A stretch of 64,000 nucleotides of DNA from the human T2T-CHM13v2.0 reference genome, Homo sapiens: the NCBI RefSeq assembly GCF_009914755.1, contig NC_060926.1. One strand, given 5' to 3'. Each line of letters begins with the position of its first letter. Position 1 is the first letter of the stretch. The notes below the pieces were generated by a model, which searched no databases, had not been told where the DNA came from, and saw nothing but the letters and a program-made list of their open reading frames with translations. Positions 57,181 through 64,000 of the stretch are shown here, piece by piece. Both the position numbers and the translations under genes were made by a program.

Positions 57181-59919
57181 TCCTAGGTTTGGACATTACT
57201 TGGAAGGAAATAGGAGCCCCTGAGGATATCTAGGAAGGGACTGATACAGAAATGCTGGTGTGGCTCCTCTTATAATTTGAAAGATCCTCTCTTCTGTAGA
57301 AATTAAAGGATTGTAAATAAACTCAGGCTCACATCAAAAAGTGGCACTGGCAAATCTCTCACAACACAGTCAGTCATAAGACAAGATTTAGAAACAAACG
57401 TAAGGCCTATTTCAGGTAGAACTACAGAGGCCTCCTCTGCTTGTCTTCTTCCAAGCCAAGAACTCAGAATTTGCCTTGCAGAACCCCTTGTGCATAGTTG
57501 TGATCCTCAGCACAGATCTAGGGGCAGGGGGCAGCCAATAACTGACATCCAAGGATGTCAAAGGGCACATTCTGAGATGGCATCCCTACAGAACCGATGG
57601 CCTGCCTCTAACGGCTGGCTCATTGGTACAGTGAGGACCTATCCCTATCTTTTAAATTGAGGGCAAAAATGGCAGGAAAGAGAGGGGAAAAGTCTCTAAA
57701 GAGTGTATCTGATTCTCTTGGCCTTACTGGAATAACCTACATAAGGGTCAGGGTTTTCCTCTCATGATGTTCAGGGATAAGAAAGACTACAGTCATGACT
57801 CTATCTATGCCCTGGATGAAATTTGGGATAAAGACAGATCATTTTATTGCATTGTGAATAGAGGACAACAGGTGCTTTGTTTGGTTTTCTTTTAGTGTGC
57901 CTTGCTGCCCCATTGGTTTTCCCCAAAGCTCAAATGTCATGGATTATTGTGACTAGGTGGGCTATGTTTTTTTTTTTTATCCTCTAAAAAGACATTGAAA
58001 GAATTCACTATTATCACTGCAATTTCAGTTTGTAAAGGCTTGGGGGAGATGATAGTATCAGTAATCATGCCAGTAAGAGTATAGGAAAGGTCATTATCTA
58101 GCAAACTCTTACCTGGAGGAAGATTAGAGTAGATTTAATCTTTGCGAAATGCTGACCCCAGGCCCAATGGCCTTGGGAAGAAAACGGGTAATCCTTGAAG
58201 CTGGCAAGTTGCTTTTCTTCAGCCTCTCAGCAGTCTGATTAGATTAAAAGGCACACCTTGACTTTCTGGTCAGCCATTGCCACTTCCTCAGCACAGGTGG
58301 AGGATTGCTATGTGTTGGGTGGAAATAGGTGATGCCACAGAGAGGCCCCCTGAACCCGAACTCTTTGTGAAGGGGGAAGAGTTTCCTTTGTTCGGTCAGA
58401 GTTCAAAACAATTCACCATGGAAAGTTGTTCGGAGAGCCATTCTGTTTCCTTTCTGTTTTATGTCCATCAAGGCTTTTCTTTTAGATAGAAAGAAAAGCT
58501 TAAGAAAATGTTCTTGTTCAGTCTTTTCTTTGCATTCTAGTCAAGCTGTATTCTTGACAGAATCAGGTTGACTTGCGAAATTAAGTGAAAAATGGTTTGC
58601 AGAAAGATATCGTGTTCCAAAGGGCATGTAGAGTGGCATGAGAAAGAGATTGGAAGATGACAAGAATGTAAAGAGGACCGAAGTTGCTTCAGCTGGGTGT
58701 TGTTTTTTGGTTCTTCTCTATCTCTGATTGCCATCCTCAATACAGCAGGGTAGAGAGAGAAGGGAGTAGTCAGCCCCATCCCAGCCCAGTATTTCCACCA
58801 GTTCTGCTTAGCCCCAGTGCCCCCTCTTGGTATGGGGTGGGAAAGAGATGGGGGGAGGGGGGGCGGGCACAGAACTCACCTGTGACAGAGAGGAGACCAC
58901 CCTTCTAAAAACTTTTGAGGGCATGTAGAGAATGAGAAGGGCTTGGCAATGGAGACTTGTGAATTAAAGGTAAGAATATCCAGGCAACGAAAATAACTCT
59001 TTTGAGTTGAGAAATCCGTAGATATCAAAACTTTGGGGGAAGGGGCTCATACCATCAATTCTGGACAGGGTGAGGGCAGGGAGTGGGTACTGAGACCAAT
59101 CACACTTTGTACTTTTCAAACAAACACAAACACAAATCACAAAGTTTAAGTGTGTTTTCACCAGTGTAATCTAGGTTATCTGAATATTAGGAACAGCCTT
59201 GAAAAGTGAGAAAGGGAGCCTATGTTGAAAACAAGGGGCAGTTTTCTCCCCTTTGCCTTGGTGTGCTTGGGGAGTGCTGCTTGCATTGGTATATCTCAAT
59301 CATGTTGCACTGATAAACTCCCCTCCTTAGTTTTCTCCACCACCTGCTGCCTCACCAGTTTCTCCTGAGCCTGGATACCTGTTTCTTCAGTTCAAGGGCA
59401 AGGTGAGGGTTCCAAGGAAGCTTACTTTAAGTTTCTTAATGCCTTAGAAAGTCAGGCCCCTCCCCTTTTGTGCTTAAAAAACAAAGGTTGGCAATTAAAC
59501 TTCAAGAGTCGTGAGGCTGGGCAAAAATAAATGGAAAAGATTTAAATGAGAAAAACAACTAAGTTTCTGCTTTCTCAGAAAGATCAGGCTCTGCAAGCTG
59601 ATTCTCATCAATGTGCCCTGTTGGCTCTCATTTCCCAAAGGCCCATCCCAGTCTCCACATTGATACATTCAGTCTTTCAGGACAAAGCAGTGCTGTCTTT
59701 GTGAGCCGTGCTCTACTGCCAGCTGCCTGCAAGCTGCCCCACTCAAGGCCACTGAGCAGACAAACAAAGCTTTAGGAAGAGGTGCATCTGGATGTTTTGA
59801 CCTCTCTCCACCATGTGAGGCTGGCTGTATGTTCCAAGTTGATGGAAGTTGAAGAACACTGACTCAGACAAGAGTTTCATGGCAAGGTGAGGGTTCTCCT
59901 CATCCCTCCCAATCAGCAA

Positions 59920-60100
59920 GCTAGACCTTACTCCCAAAAGCAAACTGGGCAGTCATAAGAAAATCACTCAATCCCTCTGGATCTCAGTTTTCTCCTCTGT
60001 AAAATGGGCATATGACTATCTGCTCTGCCTTCTGAGCAGCTTATTAGGAAGGCCAAAGGAGGGAATATTTAAGAGGTATTAGGGACAACTTTCAAGTGCA
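59920..60100 (+). mobile_element. MIR SINE
   Basis: tcactcaatccctctggatctcagttttctcctctgtaaaatggg. Confidence 0.7.
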
Positions 60101-61029
60101 ATGTCAGGAGTATGAAGAGAAGACTCTCTACCTGCCTATCTCTCCTTCCTGAGACCTCAGGCCTGAAATACCTTTAAAAGGAGGCAAGCCTTAATGCTTA
60201 ACAACAAGATGACATTTGAAGTGCAAACACTGCAGGGAGAAGATATGCAAGGGCACACTTATACCTAGGAGTGAGTGACTATATCAGCGATGTCTCTGGT
60301 AGCCAAGTTTGATGGAGGAAGGAGAGAGAGAGATAGAAAGAAAGAAAAAGAGAGAGAGAGAAAGAGAGCTCCTGCAGTTGGCCAACAGATAGAGGATATG
60401 AGTGCATGGGGGAAGGCAATGATAGGGAAAAGCTTAAATTCCAGAATAACCTTCAATAATTTTACAGTTTGGCTGGAGATGGTTCCTGCCATTCAGGGAT
60501 TTTCTTCAGAGGTACAGATTGAAATCAATTAAGCGAGAAGAAAGACATATTTTACCCTATTCTGTTCTTTACTTTTATACCATGTAAAGAGACAGCTTAT
60601 TAAATTCAACCAAACTGCAGGCTCATGAGCATGGAGCAATGTTCTTGACACCGAATCTGTGTCACTGGCTGTTACCTACATTTTGCTCTTTAGGACTCAT
60701 CCAGACAAATAAATTCAGTGTGGTTAAGTCTTCAAAGCATTGCTTGCCTGATGGTTGTGGTTCCCTCTAATCCAGAGCTTCCTAACCCCTGTACCGCTTC
60801 ACAATGGTGGTCTGCGAGAAGGCTACATATGTGCAAGATGGCAAGTCCCTCAGCTCTCTGCAGCTCTGTGGGGTCTGGAGCAGCCTCTCGCCTTAAGCAT
60901 CCTATTACTGACCATAATGAGCCATACCTTTATTATACTAATTTACTTGTGCCATTGTGTGAAAAAATAAGTTGGAAAGCATTATTGTAATTTGTTTTCT
61001 ACAATATCTAAAGACAACTTTCTAAATGA

Positions 61030-61540
61030 AAATCACATTTCATCATTACCTTTCAATGACTCCTTATCACCTGTAGAATAAAATTCAAACTCCTCGCCAT
61101 TTATGAACAATTCCTGTATGATCTGGCTCCTGCTTTAGCCCCTAGTCCTGTCTTCTGATCACCTTAAGCTACTTGCTGTTTCTTGATTGCACTATTTTAT
61201 TCTTAGTTCCACTTTTTTTTTACATGCTGTTCCCTCTCCTTGAAATGGCCTTTTTTTCCTAGTTCTCATGGGGATTTCCTCTCTTCTTTTGAAATTTGTC
61301 TTCCATATGATCTCCTCTGGGCAAGTGCCTCAGACCTGCTTAGGCTCTGCTAAGATCACCATGCTGTCTTGCACACACCTATCTTATAGCACTTATCTTA
61401 CTACTGTGACTCTAGGCTGACCTGGCTGTTTCACTCTGTTATAATTAGCCCCAGGAAAGCAGGCTCTATATTTCACTCATCTTGTGTCTTAAAAATTACA
61501 GGTGTTTAATGAGTACTTACTGGAAAATAATTAATCCATC
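61030..61540 (+). mobile_element. L2 3' fragment
   Basis: cctttcaatgactcc...agaataaaattcaaactcct...catgctgttccctct. Confidence 0.6.
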
Positions 61541-61614
61541 TATGATGGTAAAGAGAAACAATTTGGTTATAGAATGAAAACTGATTAACAATGGTTAATC
61601 ACAAAATTAATATT

Positions 61615-61860
61615 AATAGCCATTACCTTTTATTGGTAATCTACCCCTTGGCAAAAACTATTGGTAGGCTTTATATTCTTATGTTGTAGTCCTTTTGATA
61701 ACACTACAAAGTAAGAACTACTATTCCCAATTTTATAGGTGAGGAAAATGAGGTTGAAAGAGACCTGGTGACTTTCACAAATTCACACAATTTCTTAACA
61801 GCAGAGATGAAGTTTGGACAAAGTATTCCTGACTCTAATGCTAGATCTCTTTCTCCTCCC
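61615..61860 (-). mobile_element. MIR SINE
   Basis: actattcccaattttataggtgaggaaaatgagg. Confidence 0.7.
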
Positions 61861-61930
61861 AACCCATGGCTTTCAAATGAATATTGAAATATATTTTGAG
61901 TACACATTCCTTACCTGGACACATCAATAG

Positions 61931-62400
61931 TATGATCATGAAGGTTTTCTGTCAACCAAGAGATGCCCAGTGCAAACATTGTTTCTGGGTGTTTCTGTGA
62001 GGATGTTTCTGGATAAGACTAACATTGGACTCAGTGGGTTCAGTAGATTGCCTTCTCTAACGTGAATGGGCATCATCTAATCTGTCGAGGTCCTGAATAG
62101 AACAAAAATGTTGAGGAGGATAAATTCATCCCTTTTGCTTCCTGCCTGCCTGCTTAAGCTGAGACACTGGTCTTCTCTTAACTTTTAACTGAGATTTACA
62201 CCATCGAATCCCCTGCTTCTCAGGTCTTCAGATTCAAACTGGAACTGCACTACTGGCTTTCCTGGGTCTCCAGCTGGCAGATTGTAGATTGTGAGACTTC
62301 TCAGCCTCCATGATCATGTGAGCTAATTTCTTACAATACATCTCTTCCTATATGTATATTCTATTGCTTTGGTTTCTCTGGAGAACCCTGACCTAATACA
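61931..62400 (+). mobile_element. MLT2 (ERVL) solo LTR
   Basis: tttctgggtgtttctgtgaggatgtttctgga...tttctctggagaaccctgacctaataca. Confidence 0.85.
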
Positions 62401-64000
62401 GATACATATCCATACCTGGGTTTATTTGCCCTCTGTCTCTAGCGTGTCTTTTGCCCCTCTCACTCCTTATTTTTCCCTACTCTGGCCAACCAAGCTCAGC
62501 TTAGAGTTCTGCTACCTTTGGATCTGGCTGCAAACTAGGCAGAAGGCTGAGGGCCCACTGAGTTCTCGATTGTTTCACCTATAATTCTCCTGCCAAGAGC
62601 CTCTCATGGAAAAACTGAGCATGGGAGTTTTCAAAAATGGAAGCAAAGCAGAACAAGGCATGTTTGTAAAGGGAGAATAAAGAGACTTGCATTAGTGCAG
62701 GGTGGCTTTTGAGAACATTTAGACTGAGCAGGAGAGGAGGGGTGAATTGTGGCCTGGAGGCAACGAAAATGAATGGGGATGAGAGGATATGTTTGAGGGA
62801 TAGTTAAAAATGAGTCAAAAGTTTTAGATATCTAATTAGGTACGAGGCTTTAAAGAATCCTTTATATATTCATTCTCTAAAATATATAACCTAATATGTG
62901 TCATGAAGGGAACAAAGGGACAGTTAGGACCAAAATCCTGCCTTTTTGGTGCTCATAGTTCAGAAAAGCAGATGGCATTAAGCACGCCTGCTGGGCTTAA
63001 AATGTCAGAGGAGATGTCTTCACCGGGGAGAGCAGAGGAAGCAAATCTGCCTGGGATTCTGGGAATGAGACAGGAAAAGGTATGCAGGGAATATCTTGGA
63101 GATCTCCACAGATAAATTTGAGTATATTTGGCTGTGCATAAAAGGATGAGCAGAAATTCCCTATCCAGAAAGATGAGCAGTGTGTTCTAGGCCAAGGGCA
63201 AAGTTAAGAACTTTGATGAGACTGGGAAGAGTGAGCGGCTTGGTGTTGCAGGAGCAGAGTGGGTGGGGGACAGAGGAAAGAGACACTTGAGAGGGGAGTT
63301 GGTGTGAAGAGCTGCCTTTTATGCCCATCGAAAAATGTGGAGAAATGCCATGAGAGATGAAGTCTCATTTAAGTGTTTTATCTGGGTTGGGGAGAGAGGA
63401 GGTGCCATGGCCAGATTTATGCTCTTTCATACAGATAATTCTGACTACAATGTAGAGATAGACTGTAGTGGGCAAAGTTGAATGGTGAGAGAGCCTCCCC
63501 TGAGGTCAAGCGCATGGAGGACATAGTGGTTGTTCTGTTCATAGAAAGGGGAGTGGACTGGGGGGACAGTGTGGTGAAACAGGGCATCTCCTGTTTTAGC
63601 TATGTGGACCAGACATACTGAGAGCTGGTCAAATAAAGAGGCAGCCACCTGCCATGGAACTTTTCCTGCATCTACCACAAGCCTGCATAGTTCAACATCA
63701 CATCTTCTAAAAATCTTCTCCAGTATCTCAGAAATTGCTTTTTCCTTTATGCCATTATGATGGGGAGATGGGAAGCAACTCTGCTAAATTAGGAACGTGA
63801 AAATAAAATTTTAAATTAGGAAAAGGATAAGATATCCTTCTGTAAAAAAGGGTAAATTCTTTCCACTTCTAAGAAATCAAGACAAATCTGTTTTGATGGG
63901 ACTAGAGATAAAGAGTAAGAAAAATGCCATCCAGAATGAGAGTTGGGGCTATGCAGGTGTCAGATAATGTGAGAGCACCTGAGAGGCAGGGTCAGAACAG

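Noticed and set aside
63445-63678. 77-aa ORF in partly unique DNA
   Set aside because: No recognisable family or splice structure; length is within chance expectation

Overview
Primate (human-like) non-genic or intronic DNA: AT-rich, CpG-depleted and dominated by interspersed repeats (seven Alus, young and old LINE-1s, L2, MIR, MaLR/THE1/MST/MLT and ERVL LTRs, MER5/MER53/MER112/MADE1 DNA elements, microsatellites). I recognise no host protein-coding exon, RNA gene, CpG island or CRISPR array. The protein-like ORFs in the track are broken L1 ORF1/ORF2 pieces; the rest are repeat-derived or chance ORFs. I found no new gene system. The most interesting signals are structural. (1) A young L1PA at 36007-40114 has the 5'UTR intron exactly spliced out (SpIRE97/622). 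It also lacks about 1.4 kb of ORF2, bridged by a 50-nt inverted copy of L1 endonuclease sequence, and has no target-site duplication (TSD), so it may be a chimera. (2) An old double-L1 structure at 8.2-18.0 kb has two L1 bodies stopping at the same consensus position, with a 218-bp copy of DNA from 4.4 kb downstream at that point. (3) Several smaller templated-insertion scars are present. Repeat subfamily names come from recalled consensus sequences, not a database search. Coordinates of old repeats are approximate.
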